64,000 nucleotides of DNA from Acidobacteriaceae bacterium (GTDB taxonomy: Bacteria; Acidobacteriota; Terriglobia; Terriglobales; Acidobacteriaceae). Positions within the stretch are counted from its first letter, which is position 1; the number at the start of each line of letters is the position of its first letter. The stretch covers positions 1,887-65,886 of the forward strand of contig DATNGO010000025.1 in NCBI GenBank assembly GCA_035605855.1, given 5' to 3'. The translations under genes and the position numbers were made by a program. The notes under the pieces were generated by a model. The model was not told the DNA's origin. It did no database searches and saw nothing but the letters and a program-made list of their open reading frames with translations. Positions 20,728-30,494 of the stretch are shown piece after piece.

Positions 20728-21336
20728 ATGCAGACTGTTCTTACAAACCGCTTTGGACTGTCACAGGCCCGCGCCTTCGGCTCGACGATCCCCGGGAAGC
20801 TGACCCTCGGTGTCGCGGCGACCATGGTGATCGCGCTTGCCGCACACATCGCGTTCCCGTTGCCGTTTACGCCTGTTCCCTTCACTCTGCAGCCGCTTGC
20901 CGTACTGGGCGTCGGCCTCGCCTTTGGGCCGGTTGGTGGATTTCTGACACTCTTGGCCTACCTCACAGAGGGCGCGTGCGGTCTGCCGGTCTTCAGCCCT
21001 GGGGGAGCTGGCGGAGTCGCACAGCTTTTCTTCGGACCCACCAGTGGCTACCTGCTTTCGTATCCGCTGGTGGCGGCCATCGCCGGCGGTCTGACGCGTG
21101 TGCTCGGACGGCGCTTGTCTCTGTTCGCGGCGGCTGTTACCGGCTGCGCGAGCGCAACCGTTGTCCTCTTCCTTGCCGGTGCAGGCTGGTTCATGGCGTT
21201 CACGCACCTGCCGCTGCGCGCGGTCTGGATTGCGGCGATCGCCCCATTCCTGCCGGGCGAAACGATCAAAGTACTCGCCGCCGCTGGTATTTACAGCACG
21301 CTTCGGCGCCACTCCCGCAACAAACGCTCCGCTTAA
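20728..21336 (+). CDS. bioY: biotin transporter BioY
   Basis: PLPFTPVPFTLQ, YL.EG..GLPVF, GPTSGYLLSY, PFLPGE..K. Confidence 0.95.
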   Translation: MQTVLTNRFGLSQARAFGSTIPGKLTLGVAATMVIALAAHIAFPLPFTPVPFTLQPLAVLGVGLAFGPVGGFLTLLAYLTEGACGLPVFSPGGAGGVAQLFFGPTSGYLLSYPLVAAIAGGLTRVLGRRLSLFAAAVTGCASATVVLFLAGAGWFMAFTHLPLRAVWIAAIAPFLPGETIKVLAAAGIYSTLRRHSRNKRSA

Positions 21337-21362
21337 CGCACTTGAAGCATCTGAAGGACCTG

Positions 21363-22217
21363 ATGACCCCCGCTGCATCTGCTGTACGTGAAATTTCCAT
21401 CGCCCATAGCCCTGACTCCGACGACGCCTTCATGTTTTACGGCCTCGCCACCAACAAGGTGCGTGTGCCCGGCTACCGCTTTAACCACACGCTGACGGAC
21501 ATCGAGACGCTCAATCGCAAGGCGATGAACGAGCAATTCTATGACGTGACGGCGATCAGCTTTCACGCATACCCCTACATTCAGGAGCACTACACGCTGA
21601 TGGCGTGCGGCGGGTCGGTGGGTGAGAAGTACGGTCCGATGATTGTCGCGCCGCGGATGTACACCCTGGACGAGGTGAAGAAGCTCCGCATCGCCGTGCC
21701 CGGCACGCTGACCACGGCCTACCTGACGCTCAAGCTCTTTGCTCCCGAGATCGAGACGGTCACGGTGCCGTTCGACAAGATCATCCCGGCCGTGCTCGCG
21801 GGTGAGTTCGACGCAGGCTTGATTATTCATGAGGGCCAGCTCACCTACAGTCGCGATGGACTGATGAAGATCATCGACCTGGGCGTGTGGTGGTTCGAGC
21901 AGACGGGGATGCCGCTGCCGCTGGGCGGTAATGCCATCCGCCGCTCGCTTGGCGGCGACGTTCAGCTCATCACCACGAACGCGCTGCGGCAGAGCATTCA
22001 GCATGCGCTGGATCACCGCGAGGCTGCGTTGGAGTACGCAATGCAGTTTGCGCGCGATCTCGACCCAAACCTCGCCAATCGCTTCGTGGGAATGTATGTG
22101 AACGAGCGCACGATCGACTACGGTGATGACGGCCGCGAGGCGATTCGCAAGCTGCTCGACATGGGCTACGAGCGCGGCATCATTCCGCACCGGGCTGCAG
22201 TCGACTTCGTTGGATAA
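21363..22217 (+). CDS. mqnD: MqnD-family menaquinone (futalosine pathway) enzyme
   Basis: HSPDSDDAFMF, DIETLN, IAVPG..TTA, IIHEGQLTY, LPLG, MYVNE. Confidence 0.88.
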   Translation: MTPAASAVREISIAHSPDSDDAFMFYGLATNKVRVPGYRFNHTLTDIETLNRKAMNEQFYDVTAISFHAYPYIQEHYTLMACGGSVGEKYGPMIVAPRMYTLDEVKKLRIAVPGTLTTAYLTLKLFAPEIETVTVPFDKIIPAVLAGEFDAGLIIHEGQLTYSRDGLMKIIDLGVWWFEQTGMPLPLGGNAIRRSLGGDVQLITTNALRQSIQHALDHREAALEYAMQFARDLDPNLANRFVGMYVNERTIDYGDDGREAIRKLLDMGYERGIIPHRAAVDFVG

Positions 22218-22350
22218 CTTCACGGGATAGGACTCGGAGCCCGAGGTTTATCCCGTGCTATACTTCCTTTGTGCGCAAGCAGTTCCCGCGCACTTCCCTC
22301 GCGAACTTCACTGCAGTTCGCTCCGCTTACCCAAAAGCGGATTCAGGTCT

Positions 22351-22426
22351 GGACGCGTAGCTCAACTGGCAGAGCATTCGACTCTTAATCGACAGGTTGA
22401 AGGTTCGATTCCTTCCGCGTCCACCA
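22351..22426 (+). tRNA. tRNA-Lys(CTT)
   Basis: Acceptor GGACGCG/CGCGTCC-A-CCA, D arm GCTC..GAGC, loop CT-CTT-AA, T loop GTTCGATTC; 76 nt; TGcTATACT upstream at 22256-22264. Confidence 0.97.
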
Positions 22427-22457
22427 TCCTCTAATTCCAGGATCTGCTCCATTTTCT

Positions 22458-22760
22458 TTAATCCAGATCGAAGTCCCGCAGCGGCTTTTCGGTCGTCGGC
22501 GACTCCTTCGCTTTCTTCACGGCCTCGGCGAACTTCTTGGCCAAAACGTCGTCCTTGTTCTTCTGCGCCTCGACGGACTGCGCGAAGATGCTCTCACGGC
22601 GGGCGTCGGCGTCCTTAAGAGCGCGCGCCGCAGCGCCGAAGTCTTCGAAGGTCTTCTTGCGCGGCGCAGAGGTATGCGCGATGATCTGCCGGGTTACAGG
22701 ATCCACCTTCAGCATTCCCCCGCAGTCCGGGCACATTACCTCAAACGGCTGATCGCTCAT
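22458..22760 (-). CDS. small hypothetical protein with CxxC motif and helical C-terminus
   Basis: FEVMCPDCGGMLKVD...KPLRDFDLD. Confidence 0.75.
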   Translation of the reverse strand: MSDQPFEVMCPDCGGMLKVDPVTRQIIAHTSAPRKKTFEDFGAAARALKDADARRESIFAQSVEAQKNKDDVLAKKFAEAVKKAKESPTTEKPLRDFDLD

Positions 22761-22778
22761 TCCCATCGCACACCTGCC

Positions 22779-23012
22779 TCACCTCACATTGTATGGCGGG
22801 GCGGGCGGTGGCAGATATGCCATCGCGTAGCGCGGCGTATCACAGATCGACCAGATGAGCGCAACGATCCAGCCGATAACGGTCCAGCTGAGCAGCAGGT
22901 TGACGAGAAGGATCCAGCCGAAGTTTTGCGCATGACGGGCGGCCGCGATGATCGTGGGCAGGAAGTGGACCGCCAGTATCGGCAGAACGAAGATGAGGAA
23001 GAACAGGTGCAC
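22779..23012 (-). CDS. superinfection immunity (Imm_superinfect-like) membrane protein
   Basis: FLPTIIA..R...N...I..VNLLL.WT.IGW..ALIWS. Confidence 0.85.
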   Translation of the reverse strand: MHLFFLIFVLPILAVHFLPTIIAAARHAQNFGWILLVNLLLSWTVIGWIVALIWSICDTPRYAMAYLPPPAPPYNVR

Positions 23013-23060
23013 AAAGAACCTCCGACAGGAAGTCGTACGCGGTGCCCGGCCCGATAGTTC

Positions 23061-24713
23061 CTAGAGAAATAGTACCCGGTGGCCTGGGCATTCCTGCGCG
23101 GCATTTTCCACCAGCAGCGCGGGCAGCCCTTCACCATACCGGGCCATGAACCAGACGCCGCCAATGACGCGCTCCTGCAGGTGGCCCTCCGGAAAAAGGT
23201 TCAGCATCAGCGTGGTTGCGTGCTTTTGCAGCGAAGCCTCGCGCTGCACCTGGAAGCCGGCAGCCATCGTGCGCAACCGGTTCATCTGGTAGCGCATCTT
23301 GTTGGCGGAGACGCCGGCCGCGCGGCCCAGATCCGGGCTCATCGCGGACATGTACTGCGTCAGCGCGTCGAGCTCATCGTCCAACGCGTTCCCCGCCGCC
23401 GCGAGATTGCGCTTCAGCTCGATAGGCATGGCACGTGCGCCGAGCCGCTGCGACAGCTCGCCGGCGCTCTTCGCCTCCCATAGCTCCGGGACCTGGATTT
23501 CGAGGGAGGCCAGCACCTTCGCGAGCGCGGGCTCGACGAGCGTGGCCGAGAGGCGCGGGAGCAGCGCTGTGACGCGGCCCAGCACGCGCTCATAGATCAC
23601 CGCCGACTGCGCGAAATAGGCGATCTCCGCGGGGCCGGCAATATAGGCTGCTGTCGGAAGGATGGTGTCCTGAAACACAGGCCGCAGCAGTGCATTCGGG
23701 CTGATGCGTTCCGGCTCGGAGTCAAGGATCGCCAGCAGTTCGGCGGTTGAGTAGCTCTGGGTGCCCGCCTTCCACTGTCCGTTCTCACCGTGGCGGAGCG
23801 GCAGCCGCGCGCCAGTCTCCGCATCCAGCAGAAACAGCAGCGAGTGACCCGGTGTGACGAGTACCTGCGCGTGATAGCCGGCCTTCGTCAATTCTTCCGA
23901 GCGAGCGAGCAGCGCAGTCTCCAGCGATTGGGACTCTTCAATGGCGGCGCGGAGAGCGCGCGTTCCCAGCACATGAAAATCCCGTGACGAAGCGTCCATC
24001 ACTATGAGGCCGAACTCCGCAAACACCGATGTCAGGAGCTTGCCGAAGGCCTGGGCGAGCCCAGTTCCCTGCCCGGACGCGTAACACTCGCGGAGGAGAT
24101 CAGCCGTGGGGCCCCATCCAATCAATTCACTCGCGCGTTCCAGTGTGGACTCAAGCCGCGCACGACCAGCCTCGCTGCCACCGTCCATGCGGAGGCCCCC
24201 CACTGGAAGCGGCCGGTTCGATTCGAGCTCGAGCTTCAGCGTCTCGATCGCAGTCTTCGTCGGTAAAGCAATCTGGTCGACCTCTGCAAGATCGTGATCT
24301 TCGCTGGCAAGCCAGAACACGGGAACATGCGTACGCCCTGTTTGAGTGCTTGCGTCCTGTGCCTTGCGAATCGCGGTGGCAGCCTTCAGCAGCGTAAGCA
24401 GAGGACCACCGAAGAGCGCAACCTGCTGCCCCGTTACAACTGCTGCTGCCCCGTTGCGAAGCTGCTCGATGTTCTCGCGTGCAGCTGAGCCTGCGCCGAA
24501 CTGCTTGGCCTGTTGAAGGAGCTGCGCTGCGAGGCGCTGGTGGTGATCTGCGCTAAGTTCAGGGGCGTTTCGAGCCCAGCCGAATCCAAAGGGAGCAGAC
24601 GGATACCACCGCCGCAACAGCGCGGGATTGGCCGCCGCCGAAGGTTCCAGGAAGTCGCGCAGAAGCGCTGTCGTTCCTGGCACCATCGCCATGGGGTAAC
24701 ACTGAACTTCCAT
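23061..24713 (-). CDS. bshC: bacillithiol biosynthesis cysteine-adding enzyme BshC
   Basis: VVTGQQ..LFGGPL..L.K, PVFW.ASEDHD..EV, SPNALLRP..QD..LPT..Y.AGP.E..YFAQ, LQER. Confidence 0.92.
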   Translation of the reverse strand: MEVQCYPMAMVPGTTALLRDFLEPSAAANPALLRRWYPSAPFGFGWARNAPELSADHHQRLAAQLLQQAKQFGAGSAARENIEQLRNGAAAVVTGQQVALFGGPLLTLLKAATAIRKAQDASTQTGRTHVPVFWLASEDHDLAEVDQIALPTKTAIETLKLELESNRPLPVGGLRMDGGSEAGRARLESTLERASELIGWGPTADLLRECYASGQGTGLAQAFGKLLTSVFAEFGLIVMDASSRDFHVLGTRALRAAIEESQSLETALLARSEELTKAGYHAQVLVTPGHSLLFLLDAETGARLPLRHGENGQWKAGTQSYSTAELLAILDSEPERISPNALLRPVFQDTILPTAAYIAGPAEIAYFAQSAVIYERVLGRVTALLPRLSATLVEPALAKVLASLEIQVPELWEAKSAGELSQRLGARAMPIELKRNLAAAGNALDDELDALTQYMSAMSPDLGRAAGVSANKMRYQMNRLRTMAAGFQVQREASLQKHATTLMLNLFPEGHLQERVIGGVWFMARYGEGLPALLVENAAQECPGHRVLFL

Positions 24714-24814
24714 CCGCCTCGTTCTCCGCCTCTTCGAGCCTTGAGCCTGTTGGATGCGCGACCCCGGCGCCCGATGCAAATCGAATTCACTCCCTCATCG
24801 TGTACTGTACCTTC

Positions 24815-25489
24815 ATGCCCGTCCGCAAGACGCCTGCCTCCAACAAGAAGAGCTCCCGAACAACCAGGAAGTCCGCGACAGCGCAAGCCGCCAGCGCCGC
24901 GAAAAACCTGCACAGCGGAAAGAAACTCACCGGCCGCGCGCGTTTGCTCTCGTCGAAGACCGTCTACAACGGCAAGGTCTTCTGGGTGACGAGCGATGAC
25001 GTGTTGGAGCCGGGAGGAATCCGCGTGCGACGCGACGTCGTGCGCCACAATGGCTCCGTCGTGATCCTTGCGATCGACGCACGCAGGAATCCCGACGACC
25101 CGGATATTCTCCTCGTCCGGCAGTACCGCCACGCAGCCGGTCAGTTTCTCCTGGAGCTTCCTGCCGGTCGCATTGAGCCGGGCGAGAAACTGATCCCTGC
25201 CGCCAAACGCGAGCTTCTCGAGGAGACGGGCTACAAGGCCAGAAAATGGTCACACCATGTCCGGTACTACGCCAGCCCGGGGTTCATGGCCGAATCCATG
25301 GACATCCTGCTCGCCGAAGACCTCGTGCACGCTCCCGGCGAGGGAACCCCGGACGAGGATGAGCATATCGAGCTGCATCCGACACCGCTCTCCGAGGCTG
25401 TCCGGCTCGCTCTCACGGGTAAGCTGCACGATGGTAAGTCGCTCATCGGCATTCTTTTCTATGCCATCCGGCGGCTGATTACCATTTGA
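24815..25489 (+). CDS. NUDIX hydrolase (ADP-ribose pyrophosphatase-like) with basic N-terminal extension
   Basis: RQYR, ELPAGRIEPGE....AAKRELLEETG. Confidence 0.92.
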   Translation: MPVRKTPASNKKSSRTTRKSATAQAASAAKNLHSGKKLTGRARLLSSKTVYNGKVFWVTSDDVLEPGGIRVRRDVVRHNGSVVILAIDARRNPDDPDILLVRQYRHAAGQFLLELPAGRIEPGEKLIPAAKRELLEETGYKARKWSHHVRYYASPGFMAESMDILLAEDLVHAPGEGTPDEDEHIELHPTPLSEAVRLALTGKLHDGKSLIGILFYAIRRLITI

Positions 25490-25615
25490 CCAAAATCTCT
25501 TTGAGCAGGTCAATACGACTTTGCTGTTTTGTCCGGCACCCGACGAACGAGCGCCCATCCATCTTGAGACGTTTGCTTCCTGGAATTCAGAAAAGGAAGC
25601 TTCGGACGGCAAGCC

Positions 25616-25831
25616 ATGGCTCAGCACAAAGGCGTCATCAAGTGGTTTAACAATGCCAAAGGATACGGTTTCATCGGGCGGCAGGATGGGCCCGATCTGT
25701 TTGTGCACTACAGCTCCATCCTGCAGGATGGCTACAAAACTCTGCGCGAGGGCGACGAGATCGAGTTCGATGTCGTTCAGGGCATCAAGGGTTTACAGGC
25801 CGATCAGGTCGTCGTTGTGAAGTCCGCCTGA
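25616..25831 (+). CDS. cold-shock domain protein
   Basis: KWFNNAKGYGFI, DLFVHYSSI, GYKTL.EG. Confidence 0.97.
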   Translation: MAQHKGVIKWFNNAKGYGFIGRQDGPDLFVHYSSILQDGYKTLREGDEIEFDVVQGIKGLQADQVVVVKSA

Positions 25832-25881
25832 GGCCATTCGGCCAGACCCATCTACAATCGAGGGCGGACTGAAACCTGCCC

Positions 25882-27714
25882 ATGGATAACATCACCCTCG
25901 CCCGCCTTCTGGATGAGACCGCCGCGTTGCTCGAAATCGACGCGGCCGACCCGTTTCGCGTGCGATCGTACCGCCGCGCCGCCGAAGCGGTCGAGCAGCA
26001 GACAGTGAACCTGGCTGCGCTGGCTGAGTCCGACCCCAAGGCGCTGCTTGCAATCCCGGGCATCGGCAAGAGCATGGCCGCAAACATCCGCGACCTTGCC
26101 GCCACGGGCACGATGCCTCTGCGCGATCAGCTCCTGAGCCGCTATAAACCGACGATGCTCGAGCTCCTTCGGCTCCCAGGCATGGGCCCGAAGACCGTGG
26201 CGATGCTCTACTCCGCTCTCGGCATCGCGGACATCGACGCGCTCGACGAGGCCGCCAGGCGCGGCGATCTGATCACCTTGCCCCGCATGGGTCAGCGCTT
26301 CACCGACAAGCTGATCAAGGGCATCGAGGACCACCGCAAGAACGCATCGCGGTTCCGCATTGACGTAGCGCAGGAGCACGCTGACCGCATCGGCGCGCTG
26401 ATCCGCGAATTTCCGGGCATCGAGACCATCACGCCCGCGGGAAGTCTGCGACGCGCCCGCGAATCGGTTGGCGACCTCGACCTCCTGGTCACCGGGCCCG
26501 CCTGCGAGCCAGAGGTTGTTGCGGCGGCGGTCGAGCACGTTGCGGCACTTCCGCTCATCGACAAGCTCCTCGCCAAGGGGCAGAACAAGGTCAGCTTCAC
26601 GCTGCGCAACAATCTGCAGGTGGATGTAAGACTGCTGCCGCGCGCCAGCTACGGCGCTGCGCTGCAGTACTTCACAGGATCCAAGCACCACAACGTGGCG
26701 TTGCGTCAGAGGGCCATCAAGCGCGGCCTTACCCTCTCCGAGTACGCGTTGCTTCGCCTGGAAGACAACACCATCGTCGCTGCGGCGACCGAGCAGGAGA
26801 TCTACAACGCGCTGGAGCTCGATTACATTCCGCCTGAGCTGCGTGAAAATTGCGGGGAGATCGAGGCGGCCGCAAAGCACACGCTTCCGCAGCTCATCAC
26901 TCGCAGCGACATCCGCGGCGACGTGCACATGCACACCTTCGAGTCCGATGGCGTGAACTCCATCCGCGAGATGGCCGAGGCCGCCATTGCTCGCGGACTC
27001 GAGTACATTGCCATCACGGACCACTCGAAAAACCTGGCGATGACCAATGGCATGGACGATGCGCGGACGCTGGCCCATGCCAGGCGCATCCGCGAGGCCT
27101 CCGCGCAGCTCGCCGAGGAGTTCGCTGCCGGCCGCGGACCGCAGTGGGAGCGCTATGAAGCTCAGCTCCGGGAGGACGAGTCGCTCGCCCGCAAGCCCAC
27201 AGTTCCCTTCCGTGTACTTGCAGGCGTAGAGGTCGACATCCTGCTCGATGGCGCTCTGGACCTCGAGGACGATACGCTGGCCCAGCTCGACGTGGTTGTC
27301 GCCAGCGTGCACTCGGGCTTCAGCCAGACGCCGGAGGAAGTTACGGCGCGCGTCCTTCGAGCGGCTGAGAACCGGCATGTACACATCCTCGGCCACCCCA
27401 CCGGACGCAAGGTCCTCAAGCGCGAGCCCTACAAGATCGACGTCGAGCAGCTCCTCGCGGCCGCGGCCCGCCTTGGCGTCGCAGTCGAGCACAACGCTTC
27501 GCCGGCGCGGGCTGACCTGTCAGATTTGAACCTGCGCCGTGCGAAAGAGCTGGGTTGCAGGATCTCGGTCAACACCGACGCGCACTCCACCGCCGAGCTT
27601 GACCTGATGGAGTTCGGCATCAAGCAGTTGCGCCGCGCGTGGCTTACCGCCGGGGATGTGCTGAATACTCTGCCGGTCGACGAATTTCTCTCCCGGCTGC
27701 GGCGCGAGCCCTGA
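25882..27714 (+). CDS. polX: DNA polymerase X / PHP 3'-5' exonuclease
   Basis: GSLRR, GDLD, VDVR, YFTGSK.HN, IPPELRE; PHP motifs DVHMH, ITDHS, GHPTGR, NTDAH. Confidence 0.96.
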   Translation: MDNITLARLLDETAALLEIDAADPFRVRSYRRAAEAVEQQTVNLAALAESDPKALLAIPGIGKSMAANIRDLAATGTMPLRDQLLSRYKPTMLELLRLPGMGPKTVAMLYSALGIADIDALDEAARRGDLITLPRMGQRFTDKLIKGIEDHRKNASRFRIDVAQEHADRIGALIREFPGIETITPAGSLRRARESVGDLDLLVTGPACEPEVVAAAVEHVAALPLIDKLLAKGQNKVSFTLRNNLQVDVRLLPRASYGAALQYFTGSKHHNVALRQRAIKRGLTLSEYALLRLEDNTIVAAATEQEIYNALELDYIPPELRENCGEIEAAAKHTLPQLITRSDIRGDVHMHTFESDGVNSIREMAEAAIARGLEYIAITDHSKNLAMTNGMDDARTLAHARRIREASAQLAEEFAAGRGPQWERYEAQLREDESLARKPTVPFRVLAGVEVDILLDGALDLEDDTLAQLDVVVASVHSGFSQTPEEVTARVLRAAENRHVHILGHPTGRKVLKREPYKIDVEQLLAAAARLGVAVEHNASPARADLSDLNLRRAKELGCRISVNTDAHSTAELDLMEFGIKQLRRAWLTAGDVLNTLPVDEFLSRLRREP

Positions 27715-27734
27715 ACAGCGTTATCCTTTCCAGC

Positions 27735-28292
27735 ATGGCCGAGTCCTCTGATCGCAGCCCCGTCGTCGCAGTCGTCCTCGCCTTCGTCATCATGATTGCG
27801 GTGGCGGTGACGGTTTATCTCCTCATCCCTCACAAGATCACCGACCTTTCCGTGTCGAAGGTCGACATCTTCGCCCCCCACACCGAGTTCCGTGCATCCC
27901 AGGGGGACTCCGTGCAGATGCTCGGCCAGGCAGCCCAGTCGGAAGATGATCTTTACGTGGTTGCGCACATCAACATCACCAACAAGTGGAGTCAACGGGT
28001 CTTTATCAGCGGCTGGTCCGCCACCGCTACGTTCGCCGACGGATCGACACTGGACTCCACTCTGATCGGCAAGTCGGAGCTCCCGCGCCTGGAACAGATC
28101 TTTCCGCAGATCGCCAGCCTCGTCACCAACCCGATCGGTGACGGTGACGAACTGGACCCGGGCGTCACCGACTCCGGTTCCATCGTTCTCCTCTTCCCCA
28201 ACACCACCCAGGATAAGTGGAACAAGAAGAGTTCCGCAGTGCTTACCATCGACCTGCACGAGCACGTAGCACAAACGGTCAAACTGCCGTAA
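27735..28292 (+). CDS. membrane-anchored hypothetical protein
   Basis: N-terminal TM then beta-rich domain; TATCCT 7 nt before ATG. Confidence 0.7.
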   Translation: MAESSDRSPVVAVVLAFVIMIAVAVTVYLLIPHKITDLSVSKVDIFAPHTEFRASQGDSVQMLGQAAQSEDDLYVVAHINITNKWSQRVFISGWSATATFADGSTLDSTLIGKSELPRLEQIFPQIASLVTNPIGDGDELDPGVTDSGSIVLLFPNTTQDKWNKKSSAVLTIDLHEHVAQTVKLP

Positions 28293-28385
28293 GTCACCCC
28301 GCGTTGCCGCAACAATAAGGGCTGCATCCGTTGGGATGTAGCCCCTATTGTTGCGTCTATTGTTGCTGAACCATGCAAACGGCGT

Positions 28386-29231
28386 TTAGGGGACCGAAAT
28401 CGGCGCAGGTGCATTCTTCGGCGTGCTGAGATAGCCGGTCACGGTGTTCTTGCTGATGTTATTGACAACGATCTCGAACAGCGCCGGTGTCTTGCCCGAG
28501 TAGAACTGCACAGGTTCATCGAGGTTCTTGTCCTTCTTCTCGATGACTTTGTCATCCGCGTCGACATTGAGCGTGTACTTCGAGCGCTTCTCGTTCAGCT
28601 TCTTCAACTGCAGCTTCACGGTCCCGACGTTCTGCGGTGAGGCGCCCTTCTTCAGCGTGAACTCGTAGTAGTTCCGTTCGCCGCGGCGCTTCAGCTCCAT
28701 GAGTTCGTCATGGTTCGTTGCAATCAAACCGCTCATCACACCCTGGTCGCCGACCACGCGTGTAAGCTGCCCTTTCGTCTGTGCGAGATCAGCCTGCGTG
28801 TTGGCAACGTCCGTCTTGGTGCTGGCCACATCGGTCTTCACCGCCGAGACATCCTGCTTCACCGCACCAACCTGCTGCTGCGTCTCTACCTCTTCCTTGC
28901 GAAGGCGAGCCGTTGCCGCCACTGCCTGCTTCTGCGCCGCGACAAGCTGGTTCGACTTGTCCTCAAGCTGCTTCTGCGTCAGACCGACGCTCTGCCCCAG
29001 CGCCTCGCCCTGGGCACGCAACCGCTCGTTCGTGTCCTCGAGCTTCTCGCTCAACTGCGTGTTTTGTTGCGTCGCAGCCGTCAACTGGCTTTCGGCAGCC
29101 GTGAGATGATTCTGCAAGCCAAGGCTCCAGCCGAGCGCACCGAGCGCCAGCAATAGACTGACTACAGAGACTCCGATCAACCATCCTGGGGCTTTGGATT
29201 GCACTACGTACTCGCGCTCCAAATCACTCAT
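28386..29231 (-). CDS. single-TM coiled-coil hypothetical protein
   Basis: TM helix, long heptad region (VKQDVSAVKTDVASTKTDVANT), C-terminal beta domain; GGAGG RBS. Confidence 0.8.
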   Translation of the reverse strand: MSDLEREYVVQSKAPGWLIGVSVVSLLLALGALGWSLGLQNHLTAAESQLTAATQQNTQLSEKLEDTNERLRAQGEALGQSVGLTQKQLEDKSNQLVAAQKQAVAATARLRKEEVETQQQVGAVKQDVSAVKTDVASTKTDVANTQADLAQTKGQLTRVVGDQGVMSGLIATNHDELMELKRRGERNYYEFTLKKGASPQNVGTVKLQLKKLNEKRSKYTLNVDADDKVIEKKDKNLDEPVQFYSGKTPALFEIVVNNISKNTVTGYLSTPKNAPAPISVP

Positions 29232-29391
29232 GCCCTGATCCTCCTTGATCTTTAAAGGCCAATGCGCCTTCTCGGCCCAAATGCAACCACCTTGCGCAGC
29301 TTGGCTTTGCTGTTGGACGCAGCCCGCCTCAAAAAGGTGGGTGCCTGTCAAAATTCTTATTTCCCCTTTGCGTTCTACACTATATGAGGAC

Positions 29392-30384
29392 ATGAAACCT
29401 GTCCTTACCCCGGATATTGTCGTCGCTGGTGCGGGCATCATCGGCCTTGCCCTCGCTCTGGAACTCCATCACCGGGGTGCGTCCGTCGCCGTCCTCGACA
29501 CCGCGGCAGCCACCCGCGGTGCTTCCACGGCTGCAGCCGGAATGCTGGCCGCCGAAGACCCGCACAATCCCGCGGAGCTTAGTGAACTCTCCCTCTTCAG
29601 CGTCTCGCTGTATGACCGTTTCCTCGATCGCCTGACAGCGCTCTCCGGCCTTCCCGTCCCGTACCAGACAACCTCGACGATCCAGTATCGGGACGACGGA
29701 ACGACCTTCCGGCTCGCGGAGAGGTCGGTCGACCCGCGCCAGCTTGCAGCCGCCGCACTTCACGCCGTCCGGTCCCGGATTCCGCTCATCGAGCACACGG
29801 TCTCGCTCCAGATATCCGAGCACCCGGCTGGGATTTCAGTTCATCCACAGCACGGCGCTGCGCTCGAGACAAAACGCCTTATCCACGCATCCGGCGCCTG
29901 GTTCAGCGGACGCCCGGCCATCACCCCACGCAAGGGTCAGATGCTGCGTGTGCAGGTACCTGCAGCCTTGAACCTGCGCGAGGTTCACCGCAGTTCCTCG
30001 ATCTATGTTGTCCCCCGCAGCCAGGGCCCCCAGGCCGGCACGGCTCTGATCGGAGCCACTGAAGAGGACGCCGGCTTCGACACTCACACCTCCCAGGCGG
30101 ATCTCGACCAGCTGCGCCGGCGTGCAGCCGCTCTCCTTCCCCCGCTCGGCGACTCGACCGCAGCTCCCCAGGTGGAAGCCTGGGCAGGTTTGCGTCCCGC
30201 CGCAGCCGACCGTCTTCCGCTCCTAGGACGACTCCCGGGCTCCAGGCATCAGTGGATGGCCGCCGGGCATTTCCGCAACGGCATACTGCTCGCACCGGCC
30301 ACTGCCGTCGCACTGGCTGATCTACTCGAAGACAAGGCCCCCGCAGTCAATCTTTTGCCCTTCGATCCAGCGCGGCTTGCGTAG
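29392..30384 (+). CDS. FAD-dependent oxidoreductase, glycine oxidase ThiO-like
   Basis: GAGIIG, AS.AAAGML, PRKGQ, WAGLRP, GHFRNGILLAP. Confidence 0.85.
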   Translation: MKPVLTPDIVVAGAGIIGLALALELHHRGASVAVLDTAAATRGASTAAAGMLAAEDPHNPAELSELSLFSVSLYDRFLDRLTALSGLPVPYQTTSTIQYRDDGTTFRLAERSVDPRQLAAAALHAVRSRIPLIEHTVSLQISEHPAGISVHPQHGAALETKRLIHASGAWFSGRPAITPRKGQMLRVQVPAALNLREVHRSSSIYVVPRSQGPQAGTALIGATEEDAGFDTHTSQADLDQLRRRAAALLPPLGDSTAAPQVEAWAGLRPAAADRLPLLGRLPGSRHQWMAAGHFRNGILLAPATAVALADLLEDKAPAVNLLPFDPARLA

Positions 30385-30494
30385 GGATTTCGCCCGTCCC
30401 GGACGATATTCGGCCAGCCCTTCGTGACAATCGTTTTCCCGCTCTCCGATAATCAGTAACGCTATTGCAACTTTCAGTCCGGAGCATCGCCACA

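Noticed and set aside
22427-23060. Integrated element at tRNA-Lys
   Set aside because: No integrase, no repeated tRNA 3' end noticed, and flanking genes look chromosomal.
25250-25708. 152-aa minus-strand ORF
   Set aside because: Antisense reading of the cold-shock and NUDIX genes, which have clear motifs on the plus strand.
25832-25881. LexA box upstream of polX
   Set aside because: No GTTC-N7-GTTC-like repeat found.
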